DNA of 64,000 nt, taken from Oikopleura dioica (Eukaryota; Animalia; Chordata). Under the pieces are notes generated by a model. It had not been told where the DNA came from. It ran no database searches and saw nothing but the letters and a program-made list of their open reading frames with translations. The number at the start of each line of letters is the position of its first letter. Position 1 is the first letter of the stretch. Positions 12,691 through 25,540 of this stretch are shown one piece after another. The position numbers and the translations under genes were made by a program. The DNA is taken from NCBI GenBank assembly GCA_907165135.1, contig OU015566.1, positions 12,586,001 through 12,650,000 of the forward strand. The letters run 5' to 3'.

Positions 12691-14393
12691 GAAATTTAAG
12701 CGGAAAGATTACTGACCGAAAATAATATCAGATGAACATTAGGGCGACTTGAATACATAATTTGGTAAGGAAGCATTTATTTATGAGCTTGACCTACGTC
12801 TAATCAACGACAGATACAGGTATTGCTACAGTAATCAAATTTTATATGCATTTTACAATATTATTAATAATTATTCTATAAAGGGAATTTTTAAAGAAGG
12901 CTGGGAAATTGCCAATAGATGAAAATCAGCCTGACAACAACGATTTTCAGGGGCACGTCCACAACGATTTTCAGCCGTAAATCCAGTCTTTTTATTTTTG
13001 ACCCCTATTATCCGCTTTGAAATATATCTTGAACCTTTAAATGTCCATCAAGTTGAATAGTACTGACCTGTTTGAGTAGGGCGGATTGTGAGTACAGACC
13101 GTCAATGTGATCTATTACACTCGCGTCTGCGAGGAGTAATGCTGTTCCACGGATCATTTATCAAACTTTTTATTCCGAGTTTGGTCTTGTCACGTGACCG
13201 GAAGACAGTAATTAATTCAAGTTCATTTTTGATCCGTTAGCCATAAATGCCCCGCATTCCAGGTCCATGATTTCGCCATATTTGTCGGGTTCTTCTTTCA
13301 GGAAAAGCTCCTTTTCCTTTTAAAGAAGATCTTCACCCAGTTTTTGATGAATAATTCATAATTATATCGAGTTGAGCTCCTTCGTTTCTCAAAAAACGCG
13401 ACAGAAAACGATTGGAGTTAATTATTCTGAATAATAAACGATTCCCTTCAGAAAAGAATAAGAAAAAACCTTCTGAGTTTACAATGAAAGGAAACTGCCC
13501 AAAGCTCCAGGGGAGGGATGATAAATCTACCAGCAAAGGTTAATTCTGACAAAATGGGATTGCCCTCCATTTATTGGGGAGGGGGACCTTTTCCTTCAAG
13601 CATCCTGTGTCATTTGAGCTTGTAAACGGGTTGTAATTGAGGAAATCGCTGTCCACTGTATTTGCTCCATCTAAAATATCTTTCAGGAGAACCTTTCTTT
13701 TGTTTTTTTATTTAGTTAAATTAAGCTTTCTTTTTTGGATAAATTCTAAGATCAACACTTATGTAACAAGAGGGTATTCTATGTGACCCAGATGATTTGA
13801 TGTCCACTCAAATAAGTTACTGTAAAAACTGCTGCATAGACTTATTAGAGTATGTCAACCTTTCGGAATTGTCAATTACCAATGCAGCAATGCTTCGCGA
13901 ATAAAATGACATTTTAGTTGAGTTAATAAGGAAAAAAGAGCGAATAAAATCAATTATCAAAAAGGTCGAGGGGTCTTACGAGAATTTCGCTATAGAATAT
14001 GCAAATGTATCTTTTTACAAGAATCCTGGACACACAAGGAAAGGATAACTTTACAAGGTCAAAGATGGTATGAAAGCGAGCATATGCTTACATACACGCT
14101 TCGTAAAACCATTTGATGGTTTGCAATTCAGCGCTATTTGAAGGAGGTCAAGTCGAAGTACATTAAATTCCAATTTTTCAAAAGAAAAAGTTTTCTTTGT
14201 GAACTCCCCTGCTGATTTGTATATAGCCACTCCTTCAAATCGAACTATGGCTGTATTGTTTTGTCAAACAAGTGCTTTGGTTGTCTATCATGTTAATACG
14301 ACAATAGTAAGAGTAGATATCTGATCTGAGCTCAGCAGATTTATATCCAAATAAGTAAGAGCGTATACAAATTCAAACATTCTTTAGTTTATA

Positions 14394-14784
14394 CCAGAGT
14401 TGGTAAAAAAGTATACTTCCCCTCGCCCTTCAAAAATCTGCAGGGCGCCCTTCATTCTTGAAGGGCGGTGAAGTGTACTTCACGCGCCCTTCAAAGCCCT
14501 GAAGTATACTTCAGCTATCGGTTCATCTGCCACAATCAGCGTGATTTAAATCATGGCGCCTGAGAGCCAATAAGCGCAAAATTTGAAAAAATTCTGGCGG
14601 ATGGATTCTGATGGCCGACAGAACCAAGTTGAAGTAGAGTGAAGGGCGGAAGGGCGGTTGAAGTAGAGGGAAGGGCGGAAGTACACTTCACGCCCTTCAA
14701 CGCCCTGCAACGCCCTGAAGTATACTTCATGAAGTATACTTCATTCTGAAGGGCGAGTGAAGTATACTTTTTTACCAACTCTGG
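14394..14784. mobile_element. 391-bp MITE-like element with ~26-bp TIRs and internal GAAGTATACTTC / GAAGGGCG repeats
   Basis: CCAGAGTTGGTAAAAAAGTATACTTC at the left end with its reverse complement at the right end; flanked by TTTATA at 14388-14393 and 14785-14790. Confidence 0.8.
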
Positions 14785-15637
14785 TTTATACAGACGGTTT
14801 ACAAGCATAGATAACAGTCGTTCTCGTGAATTTCGTAAAGTCTTGTCTCGCAAAAATGATGTTGAAATGCAGAGCTAGAATTTCAAGCTCGAAAAGAAGT
14901 GAAATTCGAAGGCAAAAATGACCACTTTTCCTGAGAAAATCTCAATTATTTTCCAGTAAAGGAGAATTTTTTTCAATAAAATTCAATTTCATAGAAGAAA
15001 AAGAAATCTCGTACCGTTAAAAGATGCATCCTCCATCAGTATTTTTCCTTGTTCTCTTCTATGTCTTCAAATTTCCTCTCTATAAATAACTTTTTCGGTC
15101 TTCATCATCAGAATTCTTGCTGACAAGTTTTATCCTCTGAAGTTTATATACAATTAAATTGAAGCTATTCGAAATGTTTCTCCGCCATGGTTACATTTGG
15201 GCACGCCATCTGCTCGCGCGCGCCCTCGACTGATTTTAGCGTCGTTTTAGTGTCACCAATCTGCTGATAAGTGTTTAATAAAGAAAATTAATGAAGCATT
15301 TATAAAATTGAATATTTTCTCAGACTCTCAATTTTGAATTGGGTCGGCAAATAAATCAGCATAGTATCAAAAGAAAAAAAGCATAAATTAAACTGACTTG
15401 ACAAAAAGTAGATTTACTGTCTCGACCTTCCTGTATGAACCGCGGGCGAATCCTCCCGGTATCTAACTGTAAATCCGTATATAATCGACTCTAACATTTG
15501 TCTCTCGAAGAAAGAGCAACGAGAGCTCACAAGTCAAGTGCAGGCAAAAAAACTGCCAATTCTTGCACTTTTCTATTTGGGGATTTCTGTAAACAGCGAA
15601 GATAGATTCCATGAAATAAATATTTATTGAACATGTA

Positions 15638-15829
15638 CAGAAAATACGCCTGGTCTGGGACGGTCTTAATCAGCCAAAGCGTCCCAAACCAGGATTATTT
15701 TCGCTCTCGCCTCTGGCGCCACTTTCATATTAAAAAGCACCCCCCAGGCGTGCGCCTTTGATCTTTGAATGGCCCGACCGTCCCAAACCAGGCGTATTTT
15801 TGACCGTCCCAGACCAGGATTATTTTCTG
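15638..15829. mobile_element. 192-bp Tc1/mariner-type MITE
   Basis: TIRs CAGAAAATACGCCTGGTCTGGGACGGTC / GACCGTCCCAGACCAGGATTATTTTCTG; TA on both flanks; internal repeats of CGTCCCAAACCAGG. Confidence 0.8.
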
Positions 15830-16199
15830 TATAAGAGGTATGTTAATTAAATTGTGTCTTTCTGAGTCGTTGAAGCAGGCGTTAGTAGGTTCAAGAATGC
15901 TTAGAAGAATATACAGGAGAACAGGAGTATGTACAGTTATTAGTCGTTTCTCAAGAGGTCGAGAAGAGCATCTGCAAGAATCAAGCTTGGTAAATCTATC
16001 GACTTTGTCATACATTTCTTTCTTTTCAAGGGCTTACTATCGAAGAGTCTTTTAAACCTACTTATCCCTTATAGAACAAGGTATATTTTGATGTATAAAA
16101 AGCTTTATCTAATGGTTAACCTAAGGTTATACTAAGGGCATGCGATTTAATATAAGAGCAGCATGCATTCTAAAAGATCAGCATCTGATTTATCTAAGA

Positions 16200-19100
16200 T
16201 TGTTCATATATACCAGTAGTAATCAGGTTTCTGCGAAAAACCGTTTTTCTCAAGTTTTTCATAAGCCTTTCCTATAAGAGCAAATTGTCTTTCCGCCAAC
16301 GACGGAGCATTGCGGAGCACATTGCCCGATTCCACTAGACGGTCTCATCCCAACTTGACGACCAGACGTTTCGGAACCGTTCTCGTTGAAGCAGATGCCG
16401 AGGGATTGGCAGAAAAGAGCAGAAGTCACTAAATAAGGGTACTTTAACCTATATTTCTTTTTTAAAAAAGGGATTTACCTTGAGAGCTTTGTGAGCCTCC
16501 AGGAACTTTAGCGCCGAAAAAGTCACGTGAGGACCTATCCGATGTATCAGCTTTTCCAACAGTAGATTGATCAGTTGTTGAGCTGCTCGGGTTAGAAGAG
16601 GAATAAGATGACCCAAGATTGTCATTAAAGATCTGGAAAGGCACCTTCTTCTGAGGAGCTTGATTGTAATCGCCATTGAACTCGTTGTTCACATTATGCA
16701 CGAGCGGCTTGGGATTACCCGCTTGCGAATAATTTTCAGGGATGATCTTGACATTTGATGCGGATAGTGGTGGTCTCATCCGACCATTTACATTTTCTTC
16801 TACTTCAGACGCAACGGGCTTTTCCGGGCGATGGGAAACCGATGGGCGAGTGATCGAATTTGGAGTCGAAGAATCTGGAACGACAGATGCTCCGAGGTTG
16901 AGGTAAAATGCCAATTCGGGCGGCAGATCCTTATTCTGTAATTGCACATTTTGATTGACAACGGGTTGATGCTGTAATCGGCTTCCAATGTAAACCTTTG
17001 AATTCAGCCCCAGTCGATTTGGATCAGCAAAAACTGGGTTTTCTCGATTCAAAATTTTGACCCTAGAATCATTGTTGATTTCAGCAACTTCGGAATAGGA
17101 ATTGACAGAAACTTGTTCTTTACTGAAAACTTGATCTGTTATCAGGCTCTGTTTTCCGGGAACAGCGTAAATCGGATTTTGTCCACTCAAGACTTCAGCT
17201 TTGGAATTCGGGAATATTGCGGAACTCTCATTTTCGCGTGCATTATTTATAAGATTCTGTACGTTTTCAAATTCAGCAGGGGTTACTGTTGCCAGCTCGG
17301 ATTGAATGGTAGGTACTGTATTTTGAGAAGGAGCAGCTTCATAAGTATGCGGATTACTGGAGCCCATCCAATTCTCGTTCATTTGAATAAGCTTTAATGG
17401 ATTGTCGCCTTCTATCCGCTCAGGGCTCGCGGCCTCGTTGACCTGCCGATTCTGTTGCAGAGTGAGATCTTCTGAAGATCCCGATTCGTATGCGACAGGA
17501 TTAGTCGAAACTGCACTTGATATGGTTACTGTATTTTGAGCAGTTGGCCTGAGATTGGCGTTGTGGCTGTTTTCTGCGGCGAATTTTACGTCCTCGGCGG
17601 TAAAGATGGGAGAATTTACAGCCAAAAAGTCCGCAGCGCTCGGGGATGAAGAAGTGTTCAGAATCGAACCTGGCTGACTTTTGCTTGAACTTTGGAGAAC
17701 TGAGGACTGTTGTTGACTGAGATCATTCTGGAATGCTGGTTGGTGAGATTGAGAATTGGTATAAGCCTGGATAAGGTTGGATTTTGATTGCTCGGCAGAT
17801 GGAACTGGGGCCGTAAAACTCCTGTCACTTTGTTCCAAAACGTCACTTTTCGGAATCATATTCGCATGATTTTCTCGTTCAGATTGTAATCTAGCGTTCG
17901 CTTGTTTTTCCTCAGCGTCCATCCTGTTCTCTTCCAAAACACTTCCATCTATCGTCTTCCCAGAAATCATCTCTTCATATTTTGACATGATGAAGCGTTC
18001 GTGAGCTTGTGCAACTTCTATTTGTGATCCTGAAAAGCTGTCTTGCACAGAAGGGCCTTGATTGAGATTATTTTCTTTAGTGGTTGAGATTTCAAACGGC
18101 TTGGTTGTCGGAACACTGCTTGGTTGATCGACGTTTTCAGGGGTTAAAATTACCCTGTTTTCGTCGGTTTTCTTCGCAGCAGATTGAACATCATCATTCA
18201 TATTCACTAGATTTGATGATGATTGAATAATCTGTTTAAAACCGGGTTCTTCTGATTGAGATCCCTTTTGACCGAGTTCTGCAATCATTGATGAAGCAGA
18301 TGATGGCTCATTTTGTCTATTTGTTTCAATGGCTCCCAAGTTATTATTAGAGCTAAGCTTGTTGAGACGACCCACCGTCTGAGTACCATCCACTTTATAG
18401 CGGTCGCCACTATTGGTTTTAGAATCGAACAGCGAATTCGACTGACTCGAACTTGCGTCGTAGTCGCTGGGCAGAAAGTTGACGCTAGTTGACATCATTG
18501 TGGCGGAATTCGGCGCCTGTGTAGCGCCTAAGCTCAATAAATTTGACGCTGATTGCGTCTCGTATTTCGATCCGGTGTTTTCAGCAGCTGAAACGATCTG
18601 TTGAGAAAATAGGGGATCGAGTTCCGTTGTAAATTGTGAAGCGACAATTTCACTGTTTAAAGTACCGGGTTGTTCCTGTAGCTCCGTAAAAGGAGCTGAA
18701 AATGGATTTAGAACAGTCGCGGAAGATGGTATTTTCGAAGCGTTGGATAGAATCGTTTGCCTTTCCGATTCATCAGCCGCGGATGATGAGATTTGACCTT
18801 TGACCGGATCTTTGTGGAAATCTGCATAAGCCCCGTTTGTGCGCAGAGCATCGAGTAATTCAGGAAGGCGTAAATCGTTTAGAAGCGCGATATCAGAGCC
18901 TTCTGCGTACGCGCCAGATTTTACGGCGGAAGTGAGATTTTCCACGGGCTCTGATTTCGGGATTTTTGGATTTTCAGCATTTGAATCGTTTGAAGTTTTC
19001 GTAGAAGTTATTACAATCGATGGAGAAGGAAGAAAACTTGTTGATTGGGCATTTTGAAATTGTTGCTTGGCAGCCAGCTGACTGTAAGTGGCACTTTCCG

Positions 19101-22100
19101 GCGGAGAATTAATTTCGAAAGGAAGAGAATTTGCGTCATCCCCGCGTTCATCGATCTTTTGCTCAGAAATTTCAGTCTTTTCCAGGTGGCTTTCTGCTGT
19201 CTTGTGGTCTTGTAAAGAACTGCCTGTAACAGGCGGAGAAGAATGCTGCTGCACGTGTGAAACAGCGTCGGGGAGCGCATTGATGAGGTGATTTTTCAGC
19301 TCTTCAGGTTTCTGTTTAGAACGTGCTGGAGTTACGGAGCTACTTATTTTTACGATCTGAGTATTTTCCCTCTCAAGTTCGAGAGCAGCCAGAGCACCAG
19401 CAGGACTCTCAGATTGCGAACTAGATCGAGATAAGCCAGAGAGTTCATCGGCAGTGATTTCACTTTTCCGATTCTGCTGAGCGGTCGGAGCTTTGTGGGA
19501 CACCGGATGTTCCCACTCGGGGGAAATGACATCTGGCTTTGTTTTCAAAACGCTTGTGCTCGTCATTTTCTTCTCAGGCGAAAGAGTTTCTGAATTGAGA
19601 GCATGAGAAGTTACAAAATTTCTAGAGTAAGTTGCAAAAACTATAAGTGCGCGACAAAATGCTAGAAATATATAAATTTTAACAAGTTTCATATATTCGA
19701 TAATAATCAACCAAACACTCTACTGCAATTTGTGCATTTGTGACTTCATGATTGTGCAAAAAAATACTCACCTCTATGGTAAAGCAAATCACGTGATTGA
19801 CCGTGCTCAATTAACTCCTCATCTTGGACATCTCCTCGATTTGACGCCTCAATTGGCAGATTCGAGTTAATTTCATCCTTTCCGATATTTGACGATATTG
19901 ATTCTGTCGTGTGCCAAAGGTCACTCGATTGTGATTTCTCAATCGGCTCGTTCGTTTCATTCGTTTGTTCAATTGCTGGAAGTTCTTTTTCAAATTGGCT
20001 CTTTGATGCTCCTGTCGATTCGGAATCTGATGATGGCGATGATGATGATTTAGAACTTATTGATGAAATTTCTTCTTTGAAAGATGGAGCTTCTGAAGCT
20101 GGAGCATTGTTTTGATTGATGATGAGCTCATTTTTAATGTCACTGGATGATCGAATTTCCGCGTTGTTATTTTGATGAATTTCTTGAAAGCCCCCGTCGC
20201 CAGCAGAGGTGTCAGCGTTTTGGGTAAATAGAAAGGCTTTTAGCTCATTTAAGGGCTTTAGGTACGCTTCCTTTGTTTTGAGTTCCAACGAGTTGGAGTC
20301 AGAGGAGATCGGGGAGCTTGCATATTCGCGTATTGCTTCATTTAACAAATGGATATCGTCATTAGTCAAGAAGTTGTTCTCTTCGCCATGATTACTCTTA
20401 AGAATTTCCGGTGTACTTGTTGTTTCGGGAAAAATCCCTGACCCACGGGTCGGTTGCTTATTTTCGCTGACTGATTGCTTCAACCCAAGACTGGAAAGTA
20501 GATCTTCAGATACAGATGCCGATTGTTGATTTTTGACAAGTGGAAGAGCTTCACTTTCATCTTTCGCCAATTCTAGCGCATTCAAGATTACGTCATCGCG
20601 ATTACGATTATGATCAAGTGCAGCACTTTCAACTTCACTTGTGTCCATGTAATCGAGCTCATGAATTAAGCCGGAGAGGATGAGCCACTCCTTCAATGAT
20701 ATCGGCTTAACTGTCGGAGAACGGATGATGGTTTGATCATGTGATCCAGTGTTGATTGAGCCAGACAAAAACGTGGTTGAAATTTCATCGCCTGCTTGGG
20801 TTCCATCTTCTTGTCCAAAGATGCCGGAGAATCTTTCTTGCTTGCTAACGGCATTTCTGAACGAACAAAAAAATTTTTTGACGGCATTTCTGGCTGCGTA
20901 AATAAAATTTTGCGGAGAATTGCAAAAAACTGTTTAGTTTTGCAGTTATGCGCAAATAAATAAGTTTGAGAGTGCACAAATAGTACGGATTCGCCTCGGA
21001 AAATCTCAGTCTGCGAAACTTGAGTTTGAAGTATGAGGTTTCTCATCCTCATATTATATTCGGCAGTTGCCGAGACAGCATTATCAAAGGAAAAAGCTAG
21101 TTCCTTTTTACGCAAAAGAAGATCCTACGATTATTACGGGGAAGATTGCATCCATTCGATGCTTCAATATGGATTACGCGAAACTTTAGTTGAATCGATT
21201 TTTCCGCACAAAAGTATCGTTGATGCTGTCAACGAAAGAGTATTTGAGGAAGATCCATGTGATTGGAAAGCTGATTGCAAAACATTCGTTAAAAACAGAC
21301 CAACGAAACCGGGAAACTCCTTGGGCAGGTGTTTCGATATTTTATATAAAAAAAGTTTATTTGTGATTAATGATAAAAAAGGCGAAAAAAATTGAGAAAG
21401 CTAAATCTTGACATAAACTACGAAATATCAATCGAAATTCAATGCTCAAATCGTCATCCAACCGGCTCGTGGTTTAACATTTTTCACTTGACCAATGGTG
21501 GAAATTACGGCGCGTTCTGATCAAAAAATTCCTGACAATTAATTCTCTCACCTTGGTCGTTTAGAGTTGGACATCAAGTAGCTCCCCAGAATTTCATTTT
21601 GCAGTTTTTCATTTTTCGTCGCCATTTTGAGCACCAAATCAACCTCTCCATAAACTCGAGAATTCCTAAAATTTCATAAGACAAATTGCATTTTCCCAAA
21701 AACTGAAAAAGAAGGTAAGGAAGGGCGTTTTTAAATTTGCCCCAACAAAGCGCGCGAGCCAGCTTTGTTGTAATCCGGTTTGGAGCTCACCTGGCTTCAG
21801 TCTCAGAAGTTCCATCCTCTTTTGGTGCGTCAATTCCGCTCGCGCTCTTATCATATCCTCTCTTTTGAAGATTGTCTATTGAAACTAGCCGCTTCTTGCT
21901 GGATTCTTGATGGAACTCCGGATTTGGTGCTCCAGCGAATAAGTCATTACCGGATAGCGCTGGCGCGGATGAGGAGCGATTTGGGTCAACCACAGTCAGC
22001 AACCGCGTATTTTCTTAAACCAAGATCAATGCACGCAAAAGGTTAGCACCGCTGTCCCACGCTAGCGGTTACGTATAAATTCTTATCATACGCTTGATTA

Positions 22101-25100
22101 TTCTACAACCGAGATAATAGCCCTCCGAATAATTATCTTCGTTTGAAACAAAAAAAAGTAGGACACTTTCTAAATCCAAATAAACCGCCTTTATTTTTAA
22201 TGACCCTTGTCCCAAAAGATTTCGATATCGAAGGGGGTACCCTTAATTTCCTAGAAAGAAACGTACCTCGAGTATACATAGCACTTTGTTTATCTTGTTG
22301 GTCGGACACTTGGTGACCATTGTCGTCCAGTTGGCGTTGTTGTTCCTGCCAAGTACTGACTTGTTGATAAGCGGCCAGCTGGTTATTATCATCAGAGGCC
22401 ATTACTCCTCCCTCCTGCCTCACTTCTGCCTTCTGAGGTGTCAAAATTGGCACTTCCACTGCTTGCCCGTCGTTTCTTACGTTTTCAAAGCTCGTGAGTT
22501 CTGAGTCATTTTCGGGCACTTCAAGAATGGTATCGGGGTCTCGCGGTCGCATATTTCCAGTATTGACATCTATTGATGGAACATGTGCATTGTTAGTGCC
22601 CTGTGCTTGAGTTGGCGCCACGGCGGCAGGCTCAAGAAAGGCTAAACCCTCATCCGTGGTGAACTGCACCGAGCTCACGTCCAGTTCAGCCGGGAAAATG
22701 ACAAGCGCACAATCATCCTTGAGAAAAGTATTAGAGTAATTGCATTAAAAAGGTTAATGGGTTATTTTTCGTGAATTTACCTTGTCAAGACAGCCTGGCA
22801 TTGCATCACTAGAATCCGCCTCCGAGTCGTTTACAATTTCTTCGAGATATCGTCTCAATCGAGTGAGTTGTTCTTCTGAAACTCCGTTCAGCAAAGACGG
22901 GGAGTTCTCAGCTTTCCAGGAGAATAAGGAGCTAGGGCAGCTTTTTGGACAATCCTGACGAAGAGCAGAAAATAGAACGTCCGTTCTTTGGCAATTTTTC
23001 GCGACGAAATCGCAGATGAGTTCTTTGATTTCACGTGTTTTATGCGTTGATTTATCTTTGGAGACTTCTGTGGTTGTTTTTTGCATTTTTTGCGGAGAAG
23101 GTTCTAGCGCGGAATTTGTTTTGGCAAATATTTCGGAAACTAGGTTTTTGAGGAATGTTGTGTAGCTTTCATCAGTGTTTGGCCCTTCATTTGAGCTTCG
23201 GTCGTTTGTGGATTGTTGAGCAGCATTAAGAGGACTAAATGGAGAGAAAGAAGAAGAGGGATTAAATGGTACCTTTGGGTATTTGAAGAAATCGGCAGTG
23301 GGGTTGTTTTGGCGACTGAAACTTGGCACATGGCTTCTAACTCGTCGGAGCCATCGATGCAATCTGCGATGCCATCGCAAATGTTGTCTGTAGTGACGCA
23401 AAAGTGTCCATCTCGGCATTGGAAGTCACATGGTTTGTCATCCGGACGCATGCTGCTAAGAGAGCATCTGGTCTTGCCAAAGGTGGACTTGGTGACTTGG
23501 CGGTGGCCCTCGCCATCGAGCGCGGTCAGCGTCAGTCGAAAAGTGTGGCAACTGTGGAGGTGTCCGATCGAAGTGTATTCTATTCTTTGGATCACCGAGA
23601 TATTCACGGAGTGAGGCTAATCCCTAAAACGAACTGCCACCGGAATCTCGTGGCCCAAGCTTGAGTCCCGGCCACGTACTGAAGCGGCACCTTCGCGCCG
23701 CCGCGATTCGTGATATCAATCACTTGATCACGGGGTAGATAAAAGCCCTTCTGCTATTCTTGCGCGTAAATTACAGTTACAATTCTAGCTCACGTAACAA
23801 CAAAAAACTTTGCATTTCGTCTGGAATGTTAATTGAGCATTCTTTCGAAAATATTACCAAAAATAGCAAGAAAGAAAAAAATCAGTGTTTACACTAGGGT
23901 GTTCTAATAATGAAAGCGTTCGGTAATATTTGCGGCGAGTAAAACTACCCACTCTATCATTGGCTATAATTTGACCGTAATTTTCTGGCAGTTCCCGTTT
24001 CGCCCAAAATCCCGGATCGCCCACATCCCGGATCGCCCATTTTCCTGGATCGCCCATTGTGGGCAAAACGGGAAAATGTGCGAATCAGGAAAATGTGCGA
24101 TTCAGGATTGGGCAGAACGGGATTTACAAAATTAGAAAAGGAGCTCTTTATCCCTGAGTCAGGGGTCTAAATTGCAACTGTGAATTCGCTTTCGCTTCGC
24201 ACAAAATATCAAACTCTCAAAAGCGAAAAAAAGCTAAAAAGTGACATTATTTGTAAAAAGGCAGTTACTTGTTGCTCTATAGTAGGGCGTCTGTAAGAAT
24301 ATCATAATAATTTTGATGTTTAATTCTTAACAACCATTCGTCACTTTGAAATTTTTAACCTTTACAAGTGCCGAATGTTACCTAACTTGAGATGGGCCAT
24401 CTCAGATGGCCGACTTAAAGGGTTAATTCTGATGAACACAGTAGCCCTGAGCACCTTATTTGAAAGATAAGAGCTTGAACTCTCTCAGAGGCTTCGGGAC
24501 CTTAGTTTGGGTCTTATAATTCCGCAAAAAATACATTTTAGGGTTTTCCTTCAGGCGTTAGAGATGGTCGCCTTATGTCTCACAAACCTTTGTGAACTTA
24601 CCCTTTTATATCGACGTTTTCATAATTGTCAAATTTTTCTAAATCAATGAATTCTATTATTCTTGAAATAAAAATTTTTACCTCCTAAAATTTTCGCTTT
24701 TTTTCGCAATTTTAAAGAAATTTTCGCTTCGCACTGGAAGTTCGAATTCGCTTCGCTTTTGCTTCGCAAAAAATTTGAAAAAAAGTTTCGCTTTCGCACT
24801 GGGTTTTTGGCTGATATTTAGACCCCTGCCTGAGTATTATATCTTTTCTTCTTTCAAATAAAATCAAAACTCGATCAAATCTTCTTTGGAATGTCCGATT
24901 TCCAAAGATCAATTTCGATCGATTATCAAATTTCAAATTTACAATTGCAAATCCTGGTTTGCACACAAATCCCGTTCCGAACATTTTCCCGTTTTGCCCA
25001 CAATGGGCGATCCAGGAAAATGGGCGATCCGGGATGTGGGCGATCCGGGAATTTGGGCAAAACAGGCGCTGCCTAATTTTCTCGTCCCAAGAGCCTCTTT

Positions 25101-25540
25101 ATCTAGTTATGGGTTCGTGTTATCACCAAAACGCAGTGCTAAGAAAACCAAGCTACTGTTCATATTTTCGATAAAGATTGCTACGACTGTATAATTTATT
25201 TGTACTCCCGTTTCCTTCAAGCTCAAATTGATACGGCACCGAGTAGGAATTCCACTCCAGCTCAATTTTATGCTCCGATAACGCGTGCGCTCTCAAATTC
25301 TGAGGTGGCATAACTTGAAGATTTTTTCAATTTCAGATTTGATTTGTTGTTGTTTACCTTGCGTCGGGTAAAAACAAGCACCGTCTTTGTAGCAGCAGTA
25401 TCGCTCGTGTTCGCACTCTTGCTTCGAGATGCCATCTTTGCCGCAGCGCTGGAGTTCGGCCAGGCTGGGGTCGGTGACTTCGCATGCTGCGTATTTTTTG
25501 CGCAGTCTCATGAAACCTTGCCATTTTCGCCAACGCCATC
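16200..25540 (-). CDS. Very large extracellular protein: trefoil (P-type) + FN3-like + LDL-receptor class A + >1700 aa Ser/Asn/Gln/Glu-rich region + Cys-rich C-terminus; both ends uncertain
   Basis: Trefoil CGKDGISKQECEHERYCCYKDGACFY; FN3-like PPQNLRAHALSEHKIELEW...FRLTLTALDGEG; LDLa CDFQCRDGHFCVTTDNICDGIADCIDGSDE. Phase-compatible GT-AG junctions link the ORFs at 22754-23607, 22133-22678, 21787-22002, 19746-20856 and 16462-19710. Confidence 0.7.
21033..21395 (+). CDS. Small secreted protein with Gla-type propeptide, nested antisense in a 934-nt intron (20857-21790) of the giant gene
   Basis: MRFLILILYSAVAETA signal, LSKEKASSFLRKRR propeptide, acidic mature region with 3 Cys; possible donor near 21330, so the 3' end is uncertain. 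Confidence 0.6.
   Translation: MRFLILILYSAVAETALSKEKASSFLRKRRSYDYYGEDCIHSMLQYGLRETLVESIFPHKSIVDAVNERVFEEDPCDWKADCKTFVKNRPTKPGNSLGRCFDILYKKSLFVINDKKGEKN
24160..24828. mobile_element. 669-bp element nested in the MULE-like element; CAGGGG termini, 7-bp TSD (P- or hAT-like)
   Basis: TIR CAGGGGTCTAAAT / ATTTAGACCCCTG; CCTGAGT at 24153-24159 and 24829-24835; subterminal TTCGCTTTCGC-type repeats. Confidence 0.78.
24359..24422. mobile_element. 64-bp piggyBac-like micro-MITE nested in the two elements above
   Basis: TTAA-CCTTTACAAGT...ACTTAAAGGG-TTAA with internal palindrome GAGATGGGCCATCTC. Confidence 0.5.

Larger units (their letters stand above)
23987..25073. mobile_element. 1087-bp Mutator (MULE)-like non-autonomous element with 9-bp TSD
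   Basis: ~93-bp TIRs starting GGCAG, each with three GGATCGCCCA repeats; identical TAATTTTCT at 23978-23986 and 25074-25082. Confidence 0.88.
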
